From: the human T2T-CHM13v2.0 reference genome, Homo sapiens
NCBI RefSeq assembly: GCF_009914755.1
Contig: NC_060948.1
DNA length: 64,000 nucleotides
Reading direction: 5' to 3' (one strand)
Numbering within the stretch: the stretch's first letter is position 1; each line of letters opens with the position of its first letter. The notes beneath the pieces are model-generated. The model searched no databases. It was given only the letters and a program-made list of their open reading frames with translations, and was not told the origin of the DNA. A program made the translations under genes and the position numbers. Of this stretch, positions 15,483-29,018 are shown piece after piece.

Positions 15483-15974
15483 CACATTTTTTCATCCATA
15501 TGTAGACACAAATATTTGTGAAACCAGCACCACAATCAAAGAATATTTCTGTCACTCTGCAAAGTTTACTTGTGCCTTTTTATAATGTCGCTCCCCATCT
15601 CTGTACCCCTTTCCCTAGACAGCCATTGTTGGGTGTTCTGTGACTATAGAATAGTTTGCATTTTCTGCACCTTGACGTTACTGAAATTGTACTCATTATT
15701 TTGCCTGGCATCTTTCCCTCAGCATCATGATTTTGGTGCTTCATGTTGTTGCACGTGTCACTAACCCATTCCTCTGTATTACTGGGTAGGATTCCATCCT
15801 TTATGCATGCACCTTGGTTTGTTTATTGTTGGATGTTTGGGTTGTTACCTTGTTTTTTATTGTGACAATTGTGAATAATGCTGCTGTAAATGTTTATGTG
15901 GCTGTCCAGTGGTTCTCAAACTTCATTATGCATCAGAACCACTTGCAGAACTTGTTAAAACACAGAGTACAGTG

Positions 15975-16245
15975 CAGTGCCATGGTTCATGCCTTGAATC
16001 CTGTCAGTTTGGGAGGTTGAAGGTCGATTGCTCAAGACCATCCTTCACAACATAGGGACACCTCAGCTCTAAAAAATCACTGAGTGTGGTGGTGCATGAG
16101 CCTGTAGCCCCAGCTATTTGGAGGCTAAGACAGGAGGCCCTTGAGCCCAGGAGGTTGAGACTACAGTGTGCCATGATTGTGCCACTGCAGTCCTACTGGG
16201 GTGACAGAGCGAGATTCTGTCTCAGAACAAAAAATGAAATAAACA
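15975..16245 (+). mobile_element. AluJ inside a MER5A-like hAT remnant (~15907-16395)
   Basis: Diverged Alu flanked by CAGTGGTTCTCAAACTT...CATCAGAACCAC and GGACCGCACC..CTTTGAG. Confidence 0.65.
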
Positions 16246-17616
16246 GAACACCAACTAAAACACTGAATCCCAATTCCCAATCCCAGTTTGTGATTCAGTG
16301 AATGAGGGGCGTGTCTATGACACTGCCTTTCTAAGGAGCTCCCAGTTGACACCCATGGTAATGGTCCAAGGACCGCACCGACTTTGAGGGCTGCTGCCTT
16401 AAAGGAAGTCTTATATAAATTGTGGTAGTTTTTCCTTTGCTGGTTGTTCCAGATATTTCTCTCCTACACTGTTCCAAGAATAACTCAGGGTAGGTGGCTT
16501 GGGTGCTGATGTGTGTGAAACACAAGCCATGACATTCCTCCAAATAGGTGTCAGCCATCGTTGGGCCAAATTGTACCCTCTCTCTGCTGTGGATGCTGGC
16601 AATGGACTTCTGATGGTATGGTCAGGTGATATAGGCTTGTAGTTGTGCCTGGTTACCAGGGCATCTGAGGTGCTGCTCTGCCCCCTGGAACTTTTGGGCC
16701 AAGTATAGCTACTTACTGAGCTTGCCTTTCACAGGCAAACAAAATCCATTTTCTTCATCTCTTTGTCCTGTGAAAAACAAGGAGATCCAAGTCAGTGCAC
16801 CAAAGGAGACAATTTTGCCCTTCAGGCTTCTGATCAAACAAGGCTTGGAGCAGCTAGAATGTTAACCAGAAAATGTGTAATAACCAGTGTGTTTGTTATC
16901 ATTGTTTTGTTGTTCTTTTATTTCGGGGGAAAGATAATACTTTTGGTTCAGAGAGCAGCTTTAAGTTAGCGTGGACCCTTTTTCGCAAAAGCATTTTCTT
17001 GAATTTGATGATAAAGCCCTGCTCTTCCACTTTGCCTTTGAGCTTAATCTGCAGTTACCTCTGGTCACTGCTTCTCATCTTTGCTGTTGACCTCAGTTCT
17101 TTCCTTTCAGGTTCTTCACTTATGAGATGTGGTATGGAACGGATTCCAGGAGGATTCCAGGCTCTGTAAGGAGGCTTATCTTTTTAGGATGGTTAAATTT
17201 TAGATTTGCAGTGACTTGTAATCATTGGTTAATATCCTAGTTTCTTCTTCTCCTTTTTACTGACAGTTTTACGGAGCATACACTCAACACACTTCCCTAA
17301 AGTGTATAATTCAGGAATTTCCTAGTATATTTACAAAGTTGTGTAACAATCACCATCTAATTCTCACACATTTTCATTGCTCCCCAAAGAGACCCTACAC
17401 CCATTAAGACATTACTGCCACTTCCCCTTCTCCTGTGCTCCCTGGTAACCCTGAATCTACTTTCTGCCTTCATCGGTTTACTCCTCTGGACGTTTCACAG
17501 ATACTGTGACCTTTTGTACCTGATTGCTTCACTGCAATTATTCCTGAATTTCATACATGTTGTAGAATTTATGAAATTCTACCTTTGTGGCAGACTTTCT
17601 GTCAAAACCCTGGGTG

Positions 17617-17925
17617 GGCTGGGCACTTTGGCTCATGCCTGTAATCCCAGCACTTTGGGAGGCCGAGTCAGGTTTATCACTTGAAGTCAGAAGTTTGACA
17701 CCAGCCTGGCAAACATGGTGAAACCCTGTTTCTACTAAAAATAGAAAAATTAGCCAGGCATGGTGGCAGACGCCTATAATTTCAGTCTCGGAAGACTGAG
17801 GCAGGAGAATCACTTGAATATGGGTTGTGGAGGTTGCAGTGAGCCAAGATCATGCAGTTGTACTCCAGCCCAGGTGACAGAGTGAGACTCCATTTCATAA
17901 GAAGACACACAAACCAACCAACCAA
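17617..17925 (+). mobile_element. AluS
   Basis: Full Alu with TSD AACCCTGGGTG. Confidence 0.9.
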
Positions 17926-18599
17926 CCCTGGGTGATTAAGGAAGGCAGGATGATATTCTGAGATAAGGCAGCTGGAGACACAGGCTACCCTTCCCTCCAA
18001 TTACATTTAAAATGAAAAATCATTCACAAATGGAACATTGTTCACAAAATTGTTTATAGTTCACCTTCCATTCTAGCATGAACTGTAATTTTCTCCCTTC
18101 CCATTTTCTTTATCTCCTCCACATTTCTCCCACTTTCCTGTACCTAAAGGTCATTGTAGAAAACAATTTTGGTCAGTTAAAACTGGCCCTGCAGGTCTCT
18201 CCTGTGCTGCATCTTTTGGATGGAGTCAGAAGGTCCCTTCTTGGCATGAGAGTTAGGAAGCTTGCATTTCCCAAGGGGCTTGTGTGACATTCCCTCCAGG
18301 GCTGAGGTCATGGGATTCCCAGCAGCAAGAGTTAGGCTGTCTTCTGTGGTCTTCCCAAAGCCACAACCCTGAATGACCCACAAACATAATCATAAGGTTG
18401 TTTACTTTTTTTGAATTTATCAACCTGTTGTCTCTGTATGACCAAAATTACTGTTCCCAGGTTGGATTGGAGAAGCCAGAGGGTGATTTGTTGAAACCAT
18501 TTATGGGACACGACTTTCTGTGGCATCTGTACCTTCAACTCAAGGCTTATTGATAATACTGAAGACCGTTTTACTTTCCTGGTTGACGTTATAATTGAT

Positions 18600-19910
18600 C
18601 ATATTAGTTTCCTGTCACTACTGTGAGAAATTACCACACACTCACTGGCTTTAACACCATTTATTATCTCAAGGTTTGGAAGGCCAGAAGTCTGAAATGA
18701 GTCTTGCTCTGCTAAAATCGAGATTTCAGCAGGGCCATGACATTTCTGGAAGCTCTAGGGGAGAATTGGCATCCTTGCTTTTTCTGGCTCCTGGAGGCTG
18801 GCGATATTCCTGGGCTTGTGGCCCTTTCTTCCATCTGCAGAGGAGCTGCATAGCACCTCTTCAACTCTCTTTCCATAGGCACATATCACTCAGACTGTAG
18901 CTGAGAAGGCTATCCACTTTTATGGGCTCCTGTGATTACATTGGGCCCACCTGGAAGATCCATAATGTAGAGCTTCCTTGGTTCCTTCCAGTGGGTTCTT
19001 GGTCTCGCTGACTTCAAGAATGAAGCCATGTACCCTTGAGGTGAGTGTTAAGTTCTTAAAGATGATGTGTCCAGAGTTTGTTCCTTCAGATGTTCAGATG
19101 TGTCCAGCACTTCTTCCTTCCGGTGGGTTCGTGGTCTTGCTGACTTCAGGAGTGAAGATGCAGACCTTTGCAGAGAGTGTTACAGCTCTTAAAGCTGGCA
19201 CGTCCAGAGTTGTTTGTTCCTCCCTGTGGGTTCTTGGTCTCGCTGACCTCAGTAGTGAAGCTGCAGACCTTTGCTGTGAGTGTTACAGCTCATAAAGGTA
19301 GTGCAGACCCAAAGAGTGAGCAGCAGCAAGATTTACTGTGAAGGGCAGAAGAACAAAGCTGCCACAGCATGGAAGGGGACCCAAGTGGGTTGCCACTGCT
19401 GGCTCTGGTGGCCAGCTTTTATTCCCTGCCAACGTCCCGCTGATTGGTGCATTTTACAGAGTGCTGATTGGTCCGTTTTGCAGAATGCTGATTGGTGTGT
19501 TTTTACAGAGTGCTGATTGGTGCATTTACAAACCTTTAGCTAGACACAGAGCGCTGATTGGTGTGTTTTTACAGAGTGCTGATTGGTGTGTTTACAAACC
19601 TTTAGCTAGACACAGAGCGCTGATTGGTGCATTTTTACAGAGTGCTGATTGGTGTGTTTACAAACCTTTAGCTAGGCCCAGAGCGCTGATTGGGGCGTTT
19701 ACAATCCTCTAGCTAGATAAACAAGTTCTGCAAGTCCCCACCCTACCCAGAAGCCCAGCTGGCGTCACCACTCAATAATAACTCCCACATCTAAAGATCC
19801 TTAATGTAATCACACCTGTGAAGTCCCTTTTTCCATATAAGGAAATACATTTACATATCCCAGGGTTTGGGACATGGGGATCTTTGGGGGGCCATAATTC
19901 TGCCTATTAC
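18600..19910 (+). mobile_element. MLT1 (MaLR) LTR interrupted by LTR12
   Basis: TATTAGTTTCCTG...AAATTACCACACACTCACTGGCTT...GGCCAGAAGTCTGAAAT...GATTACATTGGGCCCACCTGG; resumes AAGATCCTTAATGTAATCACACCTGTGAAGTCCC...ATTCTGCCTA. Confidence 0.75.
18966..19774 (-). mobile_element. LTR12 solo LTR, 4-bp TSD ATAA
   Basis: GGGTTCTTGGTCTCGCTGACTTCAAGAATGAAGCC...about nine GCTGATTGG repeats (19439-19693)...GGCGTCACCACTCA. ATAA at 18962-18965 and 19775-19778. Confidence 0.9.
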
Positions 19911-19974
19911 TTTGTCAGTCTTCAAGGAGAGACTTACTTCCTTTGCCTGCAAGATTTATAGGTTATTTAACATT

Positions 19975-20593
19975 TGTTTTTTTTGTCTCTTTTTTTTTTT
20001 TCCTTTTTTTTTTTTTTAAGAGGGAGTTTAGGCCTTGTTGCCCAGGTTGGAATTAGTGGCATGCAATCTCGGCTCACTGTAACCTCCACCTCCTGGGTTC
20101 AAGGGATTCTCTTGCCTCAGCCTCCCAAGTAGCTGGGATTATAGGTGTGTACCACCACACCCATCTAATTTTTTGTGTTTTTAGTAGAAATGGGATTTCT
20201 CCACATTGGTCAGTCTGATCTTGAACTCCCAGCCGCTTCAGGTGATCTGCCTGCCTCGGCCTCCTGTGTTTTTTTGTCTCTTAATTCAGAAATCTGGCTG
20301 GGCGCGGCAGCTCACACCTGTAATCCCAGCACTTTGGAAGGCTAAGGCGGGCAGATCACCAGGTCAGGAAATCGAGACCATCCTGGCTAACATGGTGAAG
20401 CCCCATCTCTACTAAAAATAAAAAAAAAAAAAAAAAAAAAAAGGCGGGCGTGGTGACCCGTGCCTGTAGGCCCACCTATTCATGAGGCCGAGGCAAGAGA
20501 ATGGCATGAACCGGGAAGGCGGAGCTTGCAGTAAGCGGAGATCGCACCACTGCCCTCCAGCTGGAGGACAGACTCCCTTTCAAAAAAAAAAAA
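19975..20593. mobile_element. Inverted Alu pair: AluS (-, 19975-20264, 5' truncated) and AluY (+, 20296-20593)
   Basis: Two oppositely oriented Alus about 30 bp apart. Confidence 0.88.
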
Positions 20594-20669
20594 ATTCATA
20601 ATAATAGTTCAAAAATCCAGTACTGTTGAACCATTTGGTTTGTATGCCTGCTCACTCACTGGGTCTTCA

Positions 20670-20823
20670 TTGATTGATTGATTGATTGATAGAGACACAC
20701 TTTGGTAGAGTCTCACTTTGTTTTCCAGGCTGGTCTTGAACTCTATGGCTCAAATGATCCTCCCTGCTTGGCCTCCCAAAGCCTCCCAAAGTGCTGGGAT
20801 TACAGGCATGCACCACCATGCCT
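20670..20823 (-). mobile_element. FLAM/Alu left monomer with (ATTG)n tail
   Basis: ATTGATTGATTG...CAGGCTGGTCTTGAACTC...GCCTCCCAAAGCCTCCCAAAGTGCTGGG (contains a 10-bp internal duplication). Confidence 0.75.
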
Positions 20824-21566
20824 GCTCTCTGAGTCTTGACTTACCTCTGAGTGAGCCAAGGTTTGCTTTCCATTTTGGAAAGCTCCGAGATTGCTGAGCA
20901 GCTCAGAGACACACTTGTGGGTCTAGGTCCTCATTCCTTTTCAAGTACCTCCTGGTCTGGGTCCTGCCACCCTTGGTTTGGGACTTTATTTGGGACTCTG
21001 CCAGAGCCACTTTTCTGGACTTGGAGTCTCAGAGTCTGTGTCACCTGTGTCAGCTGTGGATAAGGAATGAGACCACCATGATGCAAGGAGAGGTGGCTCA
21101 TGGGGCCTGGCTCCCAGGACTTTTCCTGATGCATGTTTGCATTTCTGGGGCCGGAATCAAGAGCCTCTGGGCTTGTGGCTTCACAGAATGGTGGAAGAAG
21201 ACTGGTGGAGTTAGAGACAGAAGACTCAACCATGATAATCAGCTTGTTAATCAGCATTTTGGTTCAAAAATAATTTGGGAGTGTATTGATCAGGTTTCTG
21301 CCAGGCTAATGTTGCACAACAAATGGCCTCCAAATTCAGAGGCTTAAATTATTTCTTTCTTGCTCACTACTCGGTGTTAAGCTGTGTCTCTCATGGGCTC
21401 ATTTGGGAATAGGAAGGCCTGGTCAGGTTCTGGGCTAGGTTTAAGGTTTAAGGTTTATGTCCTCATTCTGGGATCAGGGGATCCTGGGGCATATTTTTGT
21501 TTGTGCTTCTCCTGTCAGGTATAGGAAGCCAAGATAAATCATGCAGGCAAATTTAAAGCTTCTGTC

Positions 21567-21870
21567 GGCTGGTTGCAGTGGCTCAGCATGTAATCCCAGC
21601 ACTTTGGGAGGCACAGGTGGGCAGATCACCTGAGGTCAGGAGTTCAAGACCAGCCTGACAAACATGGAGAAACCCCGTCTCTACTAAAACTGCAAAAAGT
21701 AGCCGGGTGTGGTGGCAGACACCTGTAGTCCCAGCTATTCTGGAGACTGAGGCAGGAGAATAGCTTGAATCCAGGAGGCTGAGGTTTCAATGAGCGAGAT
21801 TGCGCCACTGCATTCCATTTGGGGCAACAGGAGGGAAACTCCATTTCAAAAAAACAAAACAAAACAAAAC
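21567..21870 (+). mobile_element. AluS
   Basis: Full Alu with a (CAAAA)n tail. Confidence 0.9.
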
Positions 21871-22204
21871 AGCAGTGGTAGCTCAGGTGATTTTTCATGC
21901 TAACCTACTTTAAAAGCTGCCAGAACAATTGTGGAGTGGGAAGTCTCTCATTTCTCCAGTCCTACTCTGACAAGATCTAAGAATAACTTTGAGGAGGTGG
22001 ACATGTGGCCCTTTGATCTCCTTGTCTGGAGTATTTCTTGGTAGGAGCAGAGCTTATGGGAAGATGGTCTTCAGTGAGTGTTGACATTGTGGGTTGGGCA
22101 GTTGGTGTTGTGGGTGGGGCTGATTATCGTAATCTTCCTTCACCATTGAGGGATTTAATCTTCCCTGGTTTCCATTACTTGATGCTCTAAATACTTTTCT
22201 CTCC

Positions 22205-22517
<313 letters not shown>

Positions 22518-23160
22518 CCTCGCAGCCTGCCTTCCTTTTAGGTAACCATAAACTGGAATATGTGCATGGAAGAGTTAAAGGAGGCAAATCACACTTGGAG
22601 TCAAGAACCTTGATGCTGGATTTAGCAGCTATTTACCAACCACCTCCTCTTCCAGAATAAGTAGCAGAACTTTGACCCCCGGGGGACTGTGGTGTACTTG
22701 GAAGACACAAGGCAAAGGTGTAAAAAGGGAGCTCTGGACATAGGAATTGAAATGAGGCTAATAGCTGGTGAGATGGCCTGGGACTAGAGGCCAGGGAGAC
22801 TGGAAGAGGAGGAGTTCCTTGACAGGGTGTGCTCCTAAGAGATCCTGAAGAGTGAGCAGAGATTGACAAGAGAGGCAAGAGGAGACCTAGAGTTATCAGG
22901 GCTGCAGAGGTGTCCTTGCAACGTAGAGGCCTTAGTGTTCATGTTGGCTTCCAGGGTAGGGGCGGTGCATTTGCGGCTGGCTGAAGATGGCATAAATGGG
23001 ATAGTGGATAAAAAGATGAGGGTATTGTCAACGCACGTCTCCTTGGAGAGGTTCTCCTTGCAGATAAGGGGAGAAATGGAACAGCACTTGATAGGAAAGC
23101 AGGTGTTGGGGAAAGACTTTTTATACTAGGGGAGACTGGTTGAGTAAAATAGCTTTGAGA

Positions 23161-23310
23161 GGACCAGGGGCAGTGGCTCATGTCTGTAATCTCAGTGCTT
23201 TGGAACGCTGAGGTTGGTAGGATTGCTTGAGTCCAGTAGGTCAAAGCTGCAGTGAGCTATAATCATTCACTGCTCTCCACCCTGGACAACAGAATGAGAC
23301 ACTGTCTCTT
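23161..23310 (+). mobile_element. Alu monomer (FLAM/FRAM-like)
   Basis: GGACCAGGGGCAGTGGCTCATGTCTGTAATC...GCAGTGAGCTATAAT...GAGACACTGTCTC. Confidence 0.7.
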
Positions 23311-23742
23311 GGGCAGGAGAGGGAAAGAGATTCAAGAGATAAGATAAAGAATGGAAGCACAGGACATAATTTTTGCAGGAGGGAGATTTTTGAGGGTTTA
23401 GCCTTGGAAAAGGAGAGTAGAGACAGATGGGAAGGTCATAAATGTGAAACATTTGGAAGCAGAAGATGATTTATCTTAAAGTTTTGCCTAGAGATGACTA
23501 ATGTGAAGGTCTTGGTGTTCTAAGGGAGAAAGGAAAGACAGAGATGGTGGGTCTACTGGATACAGGAAGCAACCCAGGCTTTCAGATTTTATAGCTGGGG
23601 AGCAGAGTACATGCTTGGGGATGGGGAGGCTGCTGGCCAGGACTGACTTCCTCCTGCCATGACCCCTACCTAGAATTAGAGCAGCCTCATTTAGTGTACT
23701 TGATTCAAGGCCTTTTGTTTAAGAGCTTATTTGCACTCATTA

Positions 23743-23975
23743 CAGTCATTGCTTAATATCTTTGGGGGATTGGTTCCAGGACCTCTTGCGGATACCCAAA
23801 TGCATGCACACTCAAATCCTGCAGTGTACCCTGCAAAACCTGGTGATAGGAAAAGTCAGCACTCTGTATCTGGGGTTTTGCATCCCAAGGATACTGTATT
23901 TTCCTTCCGAATTTGATTGTGAATGGAGAACTGAGCCATAAGGATACCAATGGTATTTATTGAAAGAAAAGTCAT
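23743..23975 (+). mobile_element. MER2/Tigger-family DNA transposon remnant
   Basis: CAGTCATTGCTTAATATCTTTGGGGGATTGGTTCCAGGACC...GGATACCCAAAT. Confidence 0.6.
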
Positions 23976-24177
23976 GCTGTTTGATTGCTGTTTGAACCAC
24001 AAAAACCAAGCAACCAACCAAAGCCCCCAAAACTAAAGCTTTAAAAACCAATATCTGGAGAATAAACCAAAACCAACTAAAGCATGAAGATGGTCTAACT
24101 CAGAATGCCCAGTAGAACTTTCTACCATATGGAAATATTTTGTATCTGTGTAGCCTCATTGCCACAGCTGGCTAAGG

Positions 24178-24346
24178 GCACAATGGGCCAAGTCATCCTT
24201 ACTAGGCAGTGTCAGCCACACTGGGCCATGTCAGCCACACCAGACCACACTGGGCCACGTCACCCACAGTGGGCCATTCTAGGCTATGCCACTCACATTG
24301 AGTTGTGTCACTCACCCTGCACCATGCTGGGCCACATCACTCACAC
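24178..24346 (+). repeat. Degenerate ~20-bp minisatellite (CACACTGGGCCAYGTCASC-like)
   Basis: Units include CACAATGGGCCAAGTCA, CACACTGGGCCATGTCAG, CACACTGGGCCACGTCAC, CACAGTGGGCCA and CATGCTGGGCCACATCAC. Confidence 0.6.
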
Positions 24347-24739
24347 TTGACAGGGTCCTGTCTTTTTCCACTCTGGTGCCCCCTTTATCCTCATGCTCAA
24401 GACTCAAAACACCAGTGGCTCAGCAGCCAGTGTGGGGGCAGAAACTTCAGTGAGGCCCCAACTTGTGCCCTTGTGGGGCAGCAAGCACAAACTCCAAACT
24501 CCTTGTTTTGAGCCTCAGACTCAAAGGGTCAAGAGTCTTTATTGGCCCCTTTGTTTTACACCAGGGTCCATAACCTATGTGTGCACCTGACTTTCTTTAG
24601 TCACTGAGGTGACTGAGTGAAGCCACAGAGGTCTCAGAATCACTTTCTAAAACAAATAAAAAATAGAATTGCAAATAATGTTATTAACAGTGCAGTTGTC
24701 AAAATATCAAAAGCAATTTGTTGAATAGTGTTTTTCTTC

Positions 24740-25220
24740 TTACTGTTAAAATATATGTAATATAAATTGTATTATTTTAACCATTTTTAAGTGTACAGTT
24801 CAGTAACAGTACATTCACAGTGTTGTGCAGCGAACCTCCAGAAGTCCTTCTGTCTTGTAATCCTGAAACTCCATACCTGCTACCTACTCCTTCCCCTACT
24901 TCCCCAGTCTGTGGCACCCACCATTGACTTTGTGTGTCTATGTGCTTCACAACTGTGGGACCTCAGAGAAGTGGAATCCTGCAGTATTTATCTTTTTGTG
25001 ACTGGATTATTTCACTCAGCATAGTGTTCTCCAGGTTCATCAACATGGTAGCATGTCTCAGAATGTCTTTCTTTTTTAATGCTCAGTACTATTCCATTGT
25101 ATGGATAGGTCACTTTATTCCTCTGCGGATGGTTACCTAGGTTGCTTCCACCTTTTGACTGTAATGCATAATGCTTCTGTGAACTTCCCTGCACAAATAT
25201 TTCTTTGAGATTTTGTTATA
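24740..25220 (-). mobile_element. Old L1M (L1MB-like) 3' fragment
   Basis: TTTTAACCATTTTTAAGTGTACAGTTCAG...TTTCACTCAGCATAGTGTTCTCCAGGTTCATC...TATTCCATTGTATGGAT. Confidence 0.75.
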
Positions 25221-25247
25221 GTTGTTTAATATGTGTGTTTTAAACCT

Positions 25248-25752
25248 TTTTTCCTTTCATTTTTTTCTTTCCTTACACCCCTTTCTTTTTCCTTTTTTTA
25301 TTTCTCCCTTTCTTTTCCCCTTTCCTTTTTACCCTTTTCTTTCTACTTTCCTTTTTTTCCTTTTCTAAGACCTTTCTTTACCATTTTTCCCTTCCCTCCT
25401 TTTTTTCTCTGCTCTTGTTTTTTTTCCTTTCCTTTTTGTTGCCTTGTCCTTTCCTTTCCTCTCCTCTCTCTTTTGCCCTTCCCTCTCCTCTCTTCTCCTC
25501 CCCTCCCCTCCTTGCCTTTCTTCTCCTCTCTCCTCCACTTTCTTCTCCTCTTCTCTCCCCTTTCCCCTTCCTTTCCCATTCTTCTTCCCTTTCCCCTTCC
25601 GTATTCCATCCCCTCCACTTCACTCTTCTCTTTCCTTTTCTGCCTCCCTACAGCTTTTCCCCCCATCCCTTTGCCACCCGACCATTTGCCCTGCCCTCGT
25701 CCTCCATGCCCTGCTCTTACCTTTTCTTACTTTACCTTTCCTTTTTCCTTTT
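25248..25752. repeat. ~500-bp C/T-rich low-complexity tract adjoining the tail of a minus-strand AluJ (~25753-25988)
   Basis: Near-pure polypyrimidine running into AACAGAGTATCTCACTCTCCCAGGCT. Confidence 0.9.
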
Positions 25753-26650
25753 ATAACAGAGTATCTCACTCTCCCAGGCTGCCATGCAGTACCATGATCA
25801 TGTCTCACCGTAACCCTTGTCAGTCTCCCAGGCACAAGCTATCCTCCCAGCTCATTGTCCCAATAGCTTGGACTACAGGCACAAGCCACCCTGCCCAGCT
25901 AATTTTGTATTTTTAATGGAGATGAGGTCTTAGTATGTTGCCCACATGGGTCTTGAACTCCTGGGCTCAAGCAATGCTCTGGCCTTGGAGCGAATCAGCA
26001 AGACAGGTGGTTTGGCTATTAGAGGACAGTGATGTTCCACAGGTTCCTTGGACCAGGGAGTGGCCCAGGAGGTTGAGATAAGGCATCCAAATTACAGACA
26101 AGTTAGTGGGATTTATTGGGATTCTTGATTTTCCTCAATTGTGAGAAATTCCTCTTTCCACTTACCTTCCATGGAAACCCAGAACACCGTCGGTCCCACT
26201 TAGGCAGTCTTAAGAGTATAGCTGCATTTATTCTCTTTCCAAATCCCATTAGACTTGAGGTCAGAGTCTCACTTTACTTGTTTTCAATATTTAAACCATT
26301 ATACCTAACAGCTGAATGGACTGTATGCTTTTGATCCTGCATTCCTAGGTATCTGGACAAATTTCTCCGTAAGAGAAGTGAACACATAACTCTTGTAATA
26401 GCAAATACTGCAGGAACACTGGGAACCACATATTAAGATGTTATTAGACTTTCCCTGGAGTGTCCAGGTGGTCTATAATTGTTTAATAAGGAGATGTTTT
26501 TGCTGAAACTTATATTGCAAAATTTTGCTTTTCAAAAAGAAATTATCCAAATTTCAATGGAAAAATTGCCTAGTCTCCTAAATGGTGATTTGCATTTGAC
26601 CCTGGACTGTTTAAGGAGGACAAAATAACTCACTTGAGCCAAAATATAAA

Positions 26651-27419
<769 letters not shown>

Positions 27420-28012
27420 TTTCCCCCTTTTAAAAAATCTTTTGGACAAAGCATTTTATAAGAAAATGAGTCTCTGGGCTCAGGTTTCATCTGATCTCTC
27501 GTGGCTAAGAGGAATTATGCCTAGATGGGTAGGCCGGAAAGCTCATTTTTAGCAGGTTGTGAAGTTTCATGTCCTGTGAAGAGAACATAGCCAGAGGAAG
27601 GGAGAAAAAACAACAATCCTGAAAAATCACTCTAGGCCATATTACTCTACAGTCCATGCTTTAGTAGGCAGGTATGAAAGTGATTTATTTATGTAAATAG
27701 GTTGCTTTTATTTTCTTTTGAAGTTTAAGTTGTCTGGCCTCAGTTCACAGGGTTTTTTAAAACACAGCTTAGTTTTCAGTGACTCCAAATTTCAAAGAAA
27801 GGAAAAAAGAAGGAAGAAAATTGAAAGTATTATTTTGAACACTTGCAGCTAAGAAAAATTAGAATTTGGTCCAAACTGTAGATAATAATAAAAATTGAAA
27901 AAGTTAGGCAAGACTAGAATTAACAGGTCTACTGTAGTGTTGAAACATAATTTTTCTCTCTCCAGTTTCCCATTTTTGCTAAAGACAAATGATGGGACTG
28001 GTTTGCTTTATT
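27420..28012 (-). mobile_element. MER4-group internal sequence (3' end)
   Basis: Contiguous with the PPT. Contains MER4-int-like text (AAAATGAGTCTCTGG..CTCAGGTTTCATCTGATCTCTC and CCAGTTTCCCATTTTTGCTAAAGACAAAT). Confidence 0.7.
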
Positions 28013-28712
28013 TATTTTTTCAACTAACATTTATTAAAAATTGAAGATTACAGAAAAGCAAAAGATTGGCACCATTAAACAAGCTTAGTTAACTTACCTT
28101 TGATTAATAAATGAAAGTATTTAATAACACTCAAGGAATTTTGAGAATAAGGTCTATTCCAGCTTTAGAAATTAAAAACAAAGCAAAGCAGCTATTCTTT
28201 AAAGGAGAAAGCAACCATCCATCTCCCACTAGTGGTAAAAGATAAAGTTGCTGCTGAAAAGCTGAATTACTCTTCTAGGCATAAAACTGCTCAGACATTT
28301 ATTTTATAGAATTCTAACTTAAGATTCTAAATCAGTATATAAGGGGAATAGCTCTATTTTTGTCAACAAAAATTAGACCTACTTCCCAGTAATAGTATGG
28401 ATTTAAAAAATTAGACATAATTTTCACTTACTATGAATGCTAATCTCTCTAGAAATCTGATCTCTCCAGAAAAAAATATTTTGCCAATGACATTTGGGGT
28501 ATCTGGGGCTTCCAGCAAGTAAAAGTTTATAAAGCCATAACCAAACTGTGAGCAAAAGAAAAGAGAGCAGTTCTTCTCTGTTGGTAAATATTCTGGGATA
28601 GAGCACGAAAGGAGCTGACTCAGAAGAATAAAGTAGTAAGCAGCAGTGAGTGGGGTTTGTAACAACTCAGCGTACATCAAAAGAAACAATATGATATAAT
28701 TATAAGAGTTCT

Positions 28713-29018
<306 letters not shown>

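Noticed and set aside
19430-19700. Regularly spaced direct repeats resembling a CRISPR array (also 2660-3010 and 10890-11090)
   Set aside because: These are LTR12 U3 CCAAT enhancer repeats in eukaryotic DNA. The spacers are themselves repeats and there are no cas genes.
23960-24090. A/C-skewed stretch resembling a NUMT
   Set aside because: I could not match it to any mitochondrial gene; it is more likely low-complexity sequence.
25233-25916. 227-aa and overlapping ORFs (F/P/L/S-rich or K/E/G/R-rich)
   Set aside because: Artefacts of a stop-poor C/T low-complexity tract plus AluJ.
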